The notes beneath the pieces are model-generated. The model was not told the origin of the DNA. It worked only from the letters and a program-made list of their open reading frames with translations, and searched no databases. This document shows positions 38,721 to 53,364 of a stretch of 64,000 nt of DNA, in pieces. A program made the translations under genes and the position numbers. The DNA is from Octopus sinensis (lineage: Eukaryota), in contig NC_042999.1 in the NCBI RefSeq assembly GCF_006345805.1, positions 66,836,001-66,900,000 of the forward strand, given 5' to 3'. Numbering within the stretch: position 1 is the first letter of the stretch; every line of letters starts with the position of its first letter.

Positions 38721-38914
38721 TATATATACAGCATCACACAAGGACAGTCATGTGTACATACATATAAATATATCAATGCAAGCATATACGTATATGGTTA
38801 CATGTGCACATACACGCGCGCACACACATGGGCACATATGTGTCTATATTGGCAATCCATACACACACAGTCATATGTATATACATGTATAATATATATA
38901 GATCTACATAAATA

Positions 38915-39075
38915 CACTATTGTGTCCGGGGAGAGTCATTTTCTTTTGTGCCTTATTATGTAACAAACTCACCGGTAATATTTCCCCTTTTTTCTTATTT
39001 TTATTGTCCTAAAATTACCGGTGTGTTACATAATAAGGCACAAAAAGAAAATGACTCTCCCCAGACACAACAGAA
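38915..39075. mobile_element. Palindromic Tc1/mariner-type MITE (161 bp)
   Basis: ~60-bp near-perfect arms TTGTGTC.GGGGAGAGTCATTTTCTTTT.GTGCCTTATTATGTAAC...ACCGGTAAT; TA flanks. Confidence 0.85.
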
Positions 39076-40036
39076 TATGCTTCAACACACGAACTCATAT
39101 AAAGAATCTTGCAAACCAAATCCAAAAACGGAATACATAAATACATCTATATTGAAATACATTGTAAAAGTATAAAATATATAGATATAAAGATGCGAAT
39201 GCATATCAGGCATTTTAGTTGTGTTAATATTTAGTTGTGTTTAGAGGTGTTAATATGGCTATTAGTGAAAAGTAGTTTTCTAAAATATATTCAAACTGAT
39301 GCTTGTATTAACAATTGTGTCTATTCAGAGGCTAGAATCAAAATCAAATAGCTATAAGATTTAGCAATTGTGTATGATTACATATTGGTAGAAGGTTACT
39401 CATAATGGGTGATATATATAAAAAGATAATAAACATAAGCGTAATGGAGGTATAATGCAATAATATAAAAAATATATAAGTTATAATTGAATTAAATAAT
39501 CGACGTGAATATACTTATAAAAAAATTAGACGGTATAAAGATACAAAATATATCAACATCATTATAAATATAAAAATATGTGTGCATATCAGACTTTGTA
39601 TTATCGCTTGATAGCAAGTATGTGTATTTTTTTTAATATAAATATGTCTTTCTCAATTTTTATATATAAACTACGAATATAATTTAATTCCTCACCTCAT
39701 TCATATTGTACTTTATTCACAGAGAAATTTACACTTCAGTCTCTATTTAATTACTCTCGTCACCCTAATTTTATTTGCATACTATTTCTTACTCATAAAA
39801 AAAAACCTATTGCCCCTTCGCCTAGACATATACCACCATTACTAATCATAAACGGGATGATTCAAATAACTAGCACATAGAATATCTAAGGGTATATTCA
39901 TTCTCACTCTGAAGAGATTGAACTCAGAAATATAATTTTAATATTCATTTAATTCCACTGAACTTAATTGAAACAGCTGTAAGGGATGATGATCGATATT
40001 TTACTGATAGTAAACTCTTATTAACTTCAATATCTC

Positions 40037-40050
40037 CATCTTCTTATTCA

Positions 40051-40128
<78 letters not shown>

Positions 40129-40147
40129 TATATATACATATATATAC

Positions 40148-40194
<47 letters not shown>

Positions 40195-40289
40195 TATACA
40201 TATATATATATATGTATATATATATATGCATATGTATATATATATACATGTATATATATATATATTATTTATGTATGTATGTATGTATG

Positions 40290-40334
<45 letters not shown>

Positions 40335-40347
40335 TATATATATATAC
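40037..40347. repeat. (TA)n/(TATG)n microsatellite
   Basis: Direct reading. Confidence 0.95.
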
Positions 40348-41218
40348 ATGGTTGTGTAATAACTAGCCAAATGGCATAAGGTAATAGGTACATACAATGT
40401 GTACTCAAGTTGAATCAGTGTCTAAAACCCACCGTTAAGTGCCGGGATTGGCTTGTGTATCACGCGTACACGCATGTTTAGGTATCTTCTTGTATCTCTG
40501 TATCTACAATTACTAAAAGCAATTGAACAATATGATGTTGAATCCGAAACTGGGTCGGCAATACTGAAAAAAACTACCAAATACGTTTACTATTACGTAA
40601 AAAAGGTAGTCACATCGAAAATCTTCGATCGCTGCATGTGCTTGAGACCTGGAGCGCACACACAAAAGTCTACATATATCTATCAAGTCCATAATAAACT
40701 GTTTGCATAAAATTTCACGTTAGATAATATTTATTTTGTAAGGAAATTTTCTTTGAGCTATTTTTATTGTATCAATAACTTACTTTTAAGTTACATATAA
40801 GTCTCTCCGTGTGTGTGTATACGTGTCTGTGTGCGTGTGCATGTGCGCGAGTAAGCATGTTATATTACCAGTAGGATATATATACATATATATATGAATG
40901 TATTTACACATACTGTACGTATAATTGTATCTGTATATCGAATAATATTTTAAAGACACACAGAGAAACATGCACACACATTCATACAAACATGCAGATA
41001 TATATGTATGTGTGTGTGTGTGTATGTTCATGCACATAATTATATATATATATAAGTATATATATGTATGTATATATGTATTTCTCTGTGTCTGTGTATG
41101 TATATGGACATATATATGTATACATATGCATTTGCTAGCACATACATATATGAGTGATATGAGTGTGTGCATATATATGTGTGTAAATATATATATACAT
41201 ACATATATATATATAGAT

Positions 41219-41271
<53 letters not shown>

Positions 41272-41282
41272 CATCTGTATGA

Positions 41283-41382
<100 letters not shown>

Positions 41383-42108
41383 ATTCTTCACGAGAGAAGA
41401 CGCTATTTTCTGCAGTCGACACATCGTCTCGTATATTGCCATCCTTTTCCGGGAACGCGGGCGAGTGTATACTGTGTGTGGGAGTATGTGTGTGAGCTTT
41501 CCGTTTACTCTTTAACTTCTCTTGTTTGTTCAACTTCATATGCATAAATATATTATATATGTATTGATTTGTCTATCTATCTATAGGTACACACACATAT
41601 ATATATAGATATATATATATGTATATACTACATATGTGGAATACATGCCTATACTAATATATATTTATACCTACATAAGTCTACGTAATATATATATATA
41701 TATATACTTATATATACATGTATATGTATATGTAAGTAAGTAAGTATATATATATTTATATTAATATGGATCTATTCTCTTATCAACTTGCTTTGTAATC
41801 TAATTAGGCGATGCAATCTTCTTTATGTATCTATTTTTTAATTTTATTTCCTTGCTTCCCTTTCAACATTTTCAAGTTTTATCAAATATTTCTGATTAAA
41901 TTAGAGAAATAGTTTACCGGCCAAGTTTTATACAGCGAATATAACTAACAGGCGGATCATTTTTCTGTTGTTTTCAAGATAATCACAATGTCAAAGAAAT
42001 CTTGTGTGTATACATGTAGCTACTTGCATCTGTGTACTTGTTGAAAATCATTAAATTATGTGCGTGTAGGTATGAATGTAATTTTTGTATGTGTATTCAG
42101 ATATATAC

Positions 42109-42139
<31 letters not shown>

Positions 42140-42472
42140 CAAATATAGGCGTATATATATAGGCGTATATATATAGGCGTATATATATAGGCGTATATAT
42201 ATAGGCTTATATATATACACAGATGTGTGTGTATGTACGTATGCATCTATATATATATATACATTCATACATACAGATGCACACTTCTATATAACAGTGT
42301 TTATTTGCGAATGCGTATATGTGCGCATGCGCCTAGATGTAGACAGATAGAAAGAGAGGCAGACAGATAGTCAGAGAGACAGACAAGCAGACAGGCAGAG
42401 AGACAGGCATACAGGCAGGTAGACAGTCAGACAAACAGACAGACTGACAGACATACAGATAGACAGATAGGC

Positions 42473-42579
<107 letters not shown>

Positions 42580-42903
42580 AGTATAGATTTAGATTTGTGT
42601 ATGTATTTTTGTGTTTGTGTGTTTGTATGGGTGTATGTGTTTGTGTATTAGCATGTGTTAGAAGCCAGTTCCTTCGATGCAGGAAGACTTGAAGCAATTA
42701 AAAGTAGAAGAGACGATACATATACATATTATATAAATATCCATATATGTGTGTATGTGTGAATATGTTTGTGTGCGTGTGTGTGTGTGCAATATGTGTA
42801 TATATGTATATATACATGTATGTATGTACGTATGTATGTATGTATGTATGTATGTATGTATGTATGTATGTATGTATGTATGCATATATGTATGTATATT
42901 CAC

Positions 42904-43318
42904 TTCGGCGAGCTGGCAGAAACGTTATCACGCCGGGTGAAATGTGTAGCCGTATTTCGACTGTCGATACGTTCCGAGTTCAAATTCCGCCGAGGTCGAC
43001 TTTGCCTTTCATCCTTTCAGGGTCGATAAATTAAGTACCATTTACGCACTGGAATCGATGTAATCAACTTAATCCTTTTGTCTGTCCTTGTATGTTTTTC
43101 TGTGTTTAGCCCCTTGTGGGTAGTAAAGAAATAGGTATTTCGTCTACCGCTACGTTCTGAGTTCAAATTTCGCCGAGGTTGATTTTGCCTTTCATCCTTT
43201 CAGGGTCGATAGATTTAAGTACCAGTTACGCACTGGGGTCGATGTAATCGACTTAATCCCTTTGTCTGTCCTTGTTTGTCCCCTCTGTGTTTAGCCCCTT
43301 ATGGATAGTAAAGAAATA
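42904..43318 (+). mobile_element. SINE family C dimer (one head + two bodies)
   Basis: Junction GTAAAGAAATA|GGTATTTCGTC near 43120-43145, same as in the trimer at 23173-23767. Confidence 0.9.
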
Positions 43319-43652
43319 TATTATTAATTATTTCACGTCTTCTTGTATGGAAGGAGTTGGTTTCTAATAAAGATACATCATTGAATGTAGATAACACAAC
43401 CAGCATTACATGTTGAATTTGAGAAAAGTCTTGAATTTCTTTCATATTATTCTACTATTCTGCTTACAGACTGTATCTGTAATTTTGTATTTCTGAATGT
43501 GGTTAGGAATATACAGAGATTCATGACAGACTTGTATACAATGGAATAGCAGTCCTTGAATATGAGGACCACCATACGATGTCTTGTTTTACCGCACTTC
43601 TTTGCGATGATGTGAAGTTTTGACTCGTTGTGTAATGAATGGAACGTATTAA

Positions 43653-43864
43653 CCCATTAGCATTCAGATTAATTCGTAAAAATGTAAAGTTTATTTATTC
43701 ACATTGTTTTTATTTAATCATGCAATATCTAGTAGCTTCGAGATTTCGAAGAACGGTGGTTTATTTTTAGAATGACATTGTAGGGTAGGTGTGTGACGTT
43801 TGATCTAGTCGGTATGAACGTAACACATATGGAATAAATGGGTCTGATATAATTGGTTTAAAGG
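43653..43864. mobile_element. piggyBac-like MITE, right end eroded
   Basis: TTAA|CCCATTAGCATT left end; right TIR only partly recognisable. Confidence 0.45.
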
Positions 43865-43990
43865 ACTACAACTAGTAAAAGGAGTTATAGTACCATCAGT
43901 GATTTCATGGATATCTTACAGATTTGTGTCAAGCCAGTAAGAGTAGGTTCAAAGAGGTATGAGAAAGCTTGAGAAATGAAGAATAGCAGA

Positions 43991-44557
43991 TGTTTGTCCC
44001 TCACAGTGACAACGCACGAAAGATGAAGAGCAATACATAACTGGTGACGGTCTCGTTTAGAGAATGCGCGGGTTAAGACTACGCGCTTTCATTGGTCGGA
44101 TAAAGATGAGACAGTGTCACGTGACAACTTTCTGGGGCTGCCTGCTGGAGCCAAGCAGCAGGTATTTAAAGGGAAACTTGACAAGACAGTCAGTCGCCCG
44201 CTGACACTCGTTGACGCTACATCGAAGAGGCCAGGGGACAGAAGAAAGGAGGAGACGTGCACCCAACACCAGAATTGAAGACACCTCCAAAAGCGGGGGT
44301 CACGTCAAAACGGTAGAGGAGTAGGGGCCGAGACCGGACGTGGTTCCTCCTGATGATGTCTTGAGGTAACTGGATCCTATAAAGGAGCTTTTGTGGTAGC
44401 AGACCACGAAACACGGTTGAAATTCCTGAGAGGAAGTGAAAAAAAGGAAGAAAACCTGGACATCGTAAAGCATATACTGAGGCGTGGAGATTGGGGTAGA
44501 CTAAAAATAAACAAATTCAGTACTGTAATATAAGCTGGTAATTGGGTCATATCTACA
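43991..44557 (+). mobile_element. Probable solo LTR
   Basis: GC/CpG-rich island bounded by TGT...ACA; CCAAT, TATA, Inr, then AATAAA (44506-11) ~45 bp before the end; TSD imperfect (CAGA/TAGA) so the left boundary is uncertain. Confidence 0.55.
44091..44195 (+). promoter_or_regulatory. Pol II core promoter (CCAAT, E-box palindrome, TATA, Inr)
   Basis: ATTGG 44091-95; TGTCACGTGACA 44115-26; TATTTAAA 44163-70; TCAGTC 44190-95 placing +1 A at 44192, 29 bp from the TATA start. Confidence 0.6.
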
Positions 44558-45156
44558 TAGAATAGAAGGTACGGGAATTTTTTACCTAAGGATTTCTGTT
44601 AAATGAGCGGAAATCGTCTTTTCATAAATCTGGCGGAAAATTATCTGAAATGATACATAAATCGGAACGGCTCTTGGGGATATGGATCAAGAATAAGAAT
44701 GAGTGTATTGCACCATACTGCACATGAGCGAAAAGTCAAATATTCATATAAAATATAGCACAAAGCTGAAGACAGAACTTCAAAATGGCTCTGTTCGTAC
44801 ACGGAGGTCTATAAAGAATAGGTATACTATAAACGTTGATCTACGATTGGATGAGTTTTCGCATCTGCAGCAGATTATGCTAATGATGATGACGAGCTAT
44901 AGGAAAGAAGACTACTGCTCATCTTGTTAGCAATTGTCATTGCCCTACTGCCTATCACACAGCAGTAAACATCATGTATAATGTGTATGAGCCGTACAAC
45001 AATGTTATCGAATTCTTTTACATTCCCCAATGTATTTCTCTTCAAATATTTTTATGTATACATACTGCATTCTTGTGTTTAAAAATTGATAATTTCATGT
45101 GCTAAAAGTGTTTCTGTTTAGCTTACCAATTTATCTTTCAAATATCTATCTATATG

Positions 45157-45236
<80 letters not shown>

Positions 45237-45355
45237 ATATTATGTATGTATGTATGTATGTATGTATGTATGTATGTTGTATATATATAATATATATATA
45301 TATGTATATATATATATGTATGTATATATATAATATATATATATATTTATATATA

Positions 45356-45388
<33 letters not shown>

Positions 45389-45790
45389 CACATACATATA
45401 TATACAATACATACATATATATATATATATATATAGTGTGTGTGTGTGTGTGTGTATATGTATATGTATACATAAGTATATATGTGTGTGTGTGAGTGTG
45501 TGAGTGTGTGTATGTATGTGTATACATGCAAATATACACAGACACATAAGCGCGCGCGAATGTATATATATATTTAAACATAAGCCATGAACTAGAAAGT
45601 GATTAATCAACACCGTAATTGGGAAATGGAAAATTTCTTTTAATAATTTATCGCTACCCGTACAACACCAATGGTGTCATGAAAATATATTCGCAATTGT
45701 TCAACCCAATATTGAATAACAGCGAATTTATTTCCGTGAAGCCATTATTATTGTACTAACAGCACTCAACTATTAAAAGAAATGTATAGG

Positions 45791-45882
<92 letters not shown>

Positions 45883-46319
45883 AAGATATTTTTATACAAT
45901 ATTTATAATATACAGAACTTAATATGCCAAACTATGTATTTTAGAGCAGCGCTATTACATAATATTGATAGCTATTACTATTTGTTCCCTGAATAAGACT
46001 TGGCGAAACACACATTTGATCAAAGATAATCACCCGTTTGTCAATGCATGTGTATTTTTTTTCCCATGCTTAGTATAACTTCCACTATATTCTGTATTAC
46101 ATAATTTCTTTTTTAAAACTGGAGATTTTGCTACCATTTTCTAACTGATCGAGACCTTACATAGAGAATTCTTTTCTATGTTCGCTTGTTTGTTTTTTTT
46201 GCTTTGGTTTTTTTTTTCTTCATTGCCGCTACCACCACCACCACCGCCACATTCGCAATATTTCATTTCATACAAAACAGAAGATACTCAGTGTTATAAA
46301 ATTAAGCAACAATATTACC

Positions 46320-46360
<41 letters not shown>

Positions 46361-47495
46361 TGATAATAATGATAATAACAATTAATATGTCAAAAAAAAT
46401 AAGTAATACCAAATAGTGTGAAATAAAAGCTTCATTAGTTTGCTCTGATCGTTTATTTTAAACGGACGATTAGCTTGATCATATTGTCAGAATTATCTCG
46501 CCGTAAATCATTCTTACAATTATGGATTTTGTCTAGACAGCATTAATGAACTGCGATAAAGTAAAATAATATCTAAAGATGGAATAACCCTCCACCCACT
46601 CCTCTAGCTTCTAAAAAAATATAGTGTCTTTTCATCTTTAATTCTGGTCGTTTAGTATTCTGCCACTATCTGCCTAGACGCTAAGTAAAAAATATAGTTT
46701 CATATTGAGAAACTAGTCACATACACTGTGTCGCCGTTGAAATTGCATATCTTCCGAGATTGCTGCAACAAAATTATTTTTCATCTTTCACTTGTATATT
46801 CTTTTAGTATCATAAATGCTTTACAGAAAGTTAAACATTTTTTTCTTTACTTCAAGTACATCATCAAATACAGCTACAGACAAAAATGAAGTTACAAAAA
46901 ATTGCTTTGGAAAGACGAGTTCCCGAGTTCGCTCCAGATGTAGAAATTTTGAACCAGTGTCTAATACTGCAGAATCTTGTTAACCAATGCCTTGAGAGTG
47001 AAATTTAGAGGATCTGTTTTGTTTTGATGCACAGAGCCTGATTTTATCGAAGATTTTTACACCATGCGAATTATAAGAACCACAAAAAATTTAACATAAG
47101 AAAAGAATTTTAAATATTTTGAGGTTAAAGTTTTCGTAATTTTAGCCAATCACATCCATCGATTCATTTCAACTCTTTCTAATTATTATGGAAAACGTCA
47201 TAGATTTTATTATTTTTGAATTCGATCATCCACTATGACAACTAGCACAACACACACAAGAAACACAGATAATTTCCATAAATTAAAAAATATATGTTAT
47301 ATGGTGCTTGACTATACCCTTATTTTTTTCATATTGTTTGTGTACGTGTGTGTAATAAAATAACCCTAAGTCACGAACCTCCATGGACACACACACACAC
47401 TAAAGGACACACTCAGCCACGTACATGTGTATATGTGTGTGTGTGTATGTATGTATGTGTGTGTGTGTGTGTGGTGTGTGTGTGCGTGCGTGTGC

Positions 47496-47805
47496 GTGGA
47501 GACGCAATGGCCCAGTGGTTAGGGCAGCGGACTCGTGATCGGAGGATCGCGGTTTCGATTCCCAGACCGGGCGTTGTGTGTGTTTATTGGGCGAAAACAC
47601 CTAAAGCTCCACGAGGCTCCGGCAGGGGGTGGAGCGACCCTTGTTGTACTCTTTCGCTCCAACTTTCTCTCACTCTTCTTTCCTGTTTCTTGAGTAACGC
47701 TACGATGGACTGGCGTCCCGTCCAGCTGGGGGGAACATATGCTCAACAGAAACTGGGAAACCGAGCCCATGAGTCCGGCTAGGCATGAAAAGGGCGAATA
47801 AACAT
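47496..47805 (+). mobile_element. SINE family B with tail type 3
   Basis: Head/body as 4152 copy; tail GCTACGATGGACTGGCGTCCCGTCCAG...GAAACTGGGAAACCG. Confidence 0.85.
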
Positions 47806-47831
47806 AAATAAAAAATAAAATTATACATATA

Positions 47832-48252
47832 GGCGCAGGAGTGGCTGTGTGGTAAGTAGCTTGTCTACCAACCACATGGTTCCGGGTTCAGTCCCACTGC
47901 GTGGCACCTTGGGCAAGTGTCTTCTACTATAGCCTCGGGCCGACCAAAGCCTTGTGAGTGGATTTAGTAGACGGAAACGGAAAGAAGCCCGTCGTATATA
48001 TGTATATATATATATAAATATATATACGTGTGTGTGTTTGTGTCTGTGTTTGTCCCCTAGCATTGCTTGACAACCGACACTGGTGTGTTTATGTCCCCGT
48101 TACTTAGCGGTTCGGCAAAAGAGGCCATTAGAATAAGTACTGGGCTTACAAAAGAATAAGTCCCGGGGTCGAGTTGCTCGATTAAAGGCGGTGCTCCAGC
48201 ATGGCCGCAGTCAAATGACTGAAACAAGTAAAAGAGTAAAAGAGTAAAGAGT
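47832..48252 (+). mobile_element. SINE family A, full length
   Basis: Near-identical to 806-1212; tail (AAAAGAGT)n. Confidence 0.9.
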
Positions 48253-49025
48253 ATATATATATATATGTATGTATGTATGTGTGTGTGTGTGCTTGTGTAT
48301 TATATGTGTGTCCATGTGTATTTATAGTGAAAAACATTGTATATGGTTAGATAGTTTAAGATCTATTTTTCAGCATATTGCTGTAGGAAAATTTTTCTTT
48401 TGCCCTTATTTATAATTATATATATGGTGATTTTGACTGCTATTTCTAGACATACAAGGGTTTTGCAACCCTCTCCGTTATAATTGTGATTTATTCATAA
48501 TTATGCACACTTATGAAATTTATGTGTGTGTGTGTGTGTGTGTTTCTGTGTGTGTGTGTAGTGTATTGGTCCGTAGTGGTAAGATCAACCAAAGAGTATC
48601 CCATCTAGTAAGAGTTAAATATTTAATAAACACAGAGCCCGAGGATTGTGTGAATGCACCAGACGTGTTATAAACTGTCTGAGTTATTTTGCACAACATG
48701 AAACTATTAGTAAGTCATTAAAATATGTACTGTTATTATTTAAGGATGTGTATGTATGCATAATATGTATGTATGTACATATATATACTATTTATGTACA
48801 TACATATATGTACGTACGTACGTACGTTTGTATGTATGTATGTTTATACTTAATTTGTTCAGGTAGTTATGAAGTTAGATGTGATTTTTTGCTTTCAGTA
48901 CAACCCAAAAGTGGAAGGTATGAAATATAATATTGCAATGCATTTATTTAGTTGATATTCGTTTCCTTTTCTGCCGTTTCAACTGTAGAACCATACGCAC
49001 CCGCGCACAGACACACATATAAGAA

Positions 49026-49062
<37 letters not shown>

Positions 49063-49085
49063 TGTTGTATGTATGTATGTATATA

Positions 49086-49205
49086 TATCACGTGATCACG
49101 TGACCGACCAGGCCATCAGATGTTGCTACACATCGCTGGTCACAATGCGCTTGGCATTGTTTTAGCCTTCAGTGACGCCAACCGTTGGCTAAGCGAGCAG
49201 GCCAA
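49086..49205 (-). mobile_element. 115-120 bp structured module, stand-alone in (TA)n
   Basis: Reverse complement of the 38606 module, same 5' start TTGGCCTGCTCGC. Confidence 0.85.
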
Positions 49206-49240
49206 TATATATATATATATATATATAATACATATACATA

Positions 49241-49284
<44 letters not shown>

Positions 49285-49419
49285 ATATATATATATCTAT
49301 ATATATACTATAGAGAGAGAGAAAGAGCTATATATATGCATGCATACATACATACATACATACATACATACATACATACATACATACATACATACATACA
49401 TACATACATACATACATAC

Positions 49420-49610
49420 CTATGCGACATGACATTTGTCACTAAAACAGTATACAACGCCATTCGGAAAAAAGGTTCTTCTGAAATGAATATAGAAAAT
49501 CTTCCTGTTATTGAATATGTGCACAAATAGCAGCACAAAGAATAGCGTGGGCGCATTCCCATCAAAACAACTGTTTCGAAACCTCCAGCTTCTATATCCA
49601 GATGATAAAG
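49420..49610 (+). pseudogene. R4/Dong-type RLE-domain fragment
   Basis: ..[25 protein letters not shown] joined to FRNLQLLYPD. Confidence 0.65.
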
Positions 49611-50213
49611 ATGGAGCTTTGTATCTTTGTTAGAAATCACCTCGTTTTACAGAGGAAAATTTTAAACAGTTAAATACAAAAGCGACATAGCTGAAACTAC
49701 AAAAAAATACATGCATACATCAATGTAGTTATTCCAGCAGTATATTGCTTTGAACCACTCTAAATACCTTATTTTCTAAAGGATATCAAGATTCTAGTTG
49801 ACACTAACCTCTTTATATTACTGGTACTTGAGTTATTGAATCTGAATATGGGATTCAATGCAAGATTACCAAGACGAAATAGGATAGAAGTTGAACTTAG
49901 AACCTTGATGTTTTTTGTTTGTAACATCACCAAAGTTCAAGAGGCAACTGTTCTGAAATATATATGTATGTTTCAGAACAGACATGTGTGTATATATGTA
50001 TGTATGAGTGTATGTATGTATGTACGTACGAATATACGTACATACACTCATACATACATACATATATATGTGTGTATGTGTGTATACACATATACACATT
50101 CTTACATATAAGCAAATATACGCACTCATACGCATACATATCACACAAATATGTGGAAACTTAAAGATAAACACAATAAAACACTCATAGGTGCATAAAA
50201 CATTATATATATG

Positions 50214-50261
<48 letters not shown>

Positions 50262-50279
50262 TGTATGTATATATATATA

Positions 50280-50329
<50 letters not shown>

Positions 50330-50475
50330 ATGAATATACATATATATATACCCTTATGGATATATACATACAGATATATATGCATGTATGTATGAATGTA
50401 TATATGCACACGCATATATAAACCACATGCATATTAATATATGCATAGGCACACACACATACACACACACATGTA

Positions 50476-50524
<49 letters not shown>

Positions 50525-50888
50525 ACTAATGCACACACTCACATACATCAGCATTGTTATATACACACATTCTAGTCTATTCATTCACGCACACAAACGC
50601 GCACACACACACACATACACACACACACATACAACAACGGCAAGACTCAAACGGAGTACTTATAAATATCTCATTCAGTATGACGATGCCAAACAGATCG
50701 ATTCCAGCTCCAATCTGTCAGCAGAAGATTCAAAACAAAAGACTTTGTAGAAGTGCGATGTCTTATATAAAATGAGGGTTTGTCAAAATCGCAGCAGGAG
50801 GACTTCCCTTTGTTTTGACAGATTTTGAATGGTGATGAAAACAAAAATCACATCTAAATTCATAACTATCAGAACTAAGGACGTCAAT

Positions 50889-50922
<34 letters not shown>

Positions 50923-51127
50923 GTATGTGTGTATGTTTATATATTTATATATATGTGTGTATATATTGATACATATATATAATATACACATATATATATA
51001 CACATATATATACATATATATACATACATATATATATATACATACACGCACATACACGCACACAAACATATAATATGCATTTATATATACAAATACATAT
51101 GCGCGCTAACCACACACACACATACAG

Positions 51128-51211
<84 letters not shown>

Positions 51212-51385
51212 TATAGTGTGTGTGTGTTTGTGTGACAGAGAGTGAGAGAGAGAGAGACAAACTCTGTGTTTAGCTATTTTCAATACTAGCACCTTGTTTT
51301 CTCTAAATATTTCAAGAATGAGAAACTATTGATCAGTGCGATAATGAGAAAGCGGGCATTTAAGCAGATGGATAGATAGATAGAT

Positions 51386-51523
51386 AAGTTTCTTTATTGG
51401 CCACACAGGGCTGCACACAGATGGGACAAGTTACAAGGTAGAGCTTTTCTTTTGGGGGATGAAGAAAAAAAAAAAAAAAACGGGTGGCGTAGGTTTTCGA
51501 TCAAGAGGGATCGTAAAAGGGAA
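51386..51523 (-). mobile_element. Tx1-type LINE 3' UTR stub (138 bp) in (GATA)n
   Basis: Nearly identical to 28152-28300; GATA repeats on both sides. Confidence 0.9.
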
Positions 51524-51529
51524 ATCTAA

Positions 51530-51702
<173 letters not shown>

Positions 51703-52055
51703 CAAAGAATGAGATAATCAATATATATGGGGTTCTTGTTTTGGACGACAGTATTCTGTTACTGAGAGGCTCATCGCTTTTCTTGAACATTCTAGCTACC
51801 TGACCCGATTGGATTTTGTAGGTGTACTTCGTAAAACTCAGATAAATGGACCGAGTTAGGTAACCAGCCGCACTGACAATTGTCCAGGAATAGAGAAATG
51901 GAACGTTGAGAAAGTTACAGCGGTAAACTGTGACTACAGCCCTATGTAACAAATATCTCCTCTATTTAAAGTCTAGTGTCCTTGTTAAGTTCGTTCATGT
52001 TATTACTCTATACGCAATCGCACCTGCACTTTACAATATGACTGTACGTATGAGG

Positions 52056-52262
52056 GTGACGAAATTGCAGAGTCGTTAGCACGCCGATCAAAATGCTTTG
52101 CGGTATTTCGTCTGCCGTTACGTTCTGAGTTCAATTTCCGCTGAATTCGACTTTGCCTATCGGGATCGGTAAAATAAGTGCCATTAGAACCCAAAGATCG
52201 ATGTAATTAACTCGTCCTCTCCCCCGAAATTGCAAGCCTCGTGCTAAAATTTGGAAAGAATA
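52056..52262 (+). mobile_element. SINE family C variant, diverged
   Basis: CGTTAGCACGCCG...GGTATTTCGTCTGCCGTTACGTTCTGAGTTCAATTTCC...CCCCCGAAATTG. Confidence 0.75.
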
Positions 52263-52342
52263 TGCTTGTATGTAAGGATTTACGTGTGTTTTTATGTGAA
52301 TATACGTACGTTTGTATGTCATTAGATTGCAGAGCTTCGAGG

Positions 52343-52640
52343 GAAATGGTTTTTAGTGTGTGTTCTATCTGTTTACATTCTAAGTTCAAATGCTGCTGTG
52401 TTCAGCTTTCTCCTTTATCCTTTCTGCTTCCACAAAAGTATTGACTCAAAGATTTAAAGACATCAATTAAATCCTTCCCCTCAAAATTTCTGGGCTTCTT
52501 TTAGGCCGACCACCTTTATCATTCCTGCATGTAGAGCAGTGATCTGACAAAATCGTTAAAGCGTCGAGAAAAGGCTTTGCAGCATTTAAGACGGCTCTTT
52601 ACATTTTGCATTTAAAGCCCACCAAGCCAAAATTACCTCT
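52343..52640. repeat. Left arm of a ~300-bp inverted duplication (partner 54427-54722)
   Basis: Base-by-base reverse complement including unique flank CTAAGTTCAAATGCTGCTGTGTTCAGC... Confidence 0.9.
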
Positions 52641-53364
52641 AACTCGTCCGGGGTCAATAAAATAATGTACCAGTTAAGTACTGGGGATAATGGTAACGAC
52701 TAACCCATTTTCGCAGTTTCAAGCCTTGAACCTATTTTAGAGACATCCCTTCATGTTCAAATACAGAAAGACGATCCGAGATTAAAACGGGGTTTATATG
52801 AGCTTTAATTCTAAACAGACAGATGTCGTAAATAACATTATCTTCGATGTAGTATTTGCTGTATAGTAAGAATATGTTGCAGTAGTATTGATCATACAGT
52901 AAAGGCTAGATTTACAAATCAAAAGCGTACGAGAAATCTGTATGTTAGTGAAGGTGACAGAAAATGGAGAGATCTGTCTGTTAGCAAAGGAGACACTAAG
53001 TGAAAGGGGGAATAAGTCTATTGGCACAGGAGACTCAGATTTATCATAGATTCCTGTATGCATGAAGCCATAGTTGGCACTGAAAGACTACAAAGGACAT
53101 ATATGTTGAACTTAGGTCAGCTGCACCACAAAAAAAAAAGAATTATGGAAACCAGGCAAGGATTTGCTAAGTGCAGTTTGTATCAACACTTCCTACAAAT
53201 GTCTTTTAGTATAAAAATATAAACTTTACAGGTCAAAATACCATACTAGTTTATACTGCAGCAAAATTATACGTCTGTACTAAGATAGCGCAATATTAGT
53301 CAGAACACATATTTAGTTTAGGTTTCTCGTCTTCGCCGAAGATGATCTATACATATATACATAT

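Noticed and set aside
40531-40556. ATGATG...TCCGAAACTGGGTC hammerhead-like remnant (similar weak cases near 7719 and 22093)
   Set aside because: Core and helices too damaged to distinguish from chance.
46886-47008. 40-aa small ORF MKLQKIALERRVPEF...
   Set aside because: Length is within chance expectation; no homology recognised and no promoter support.
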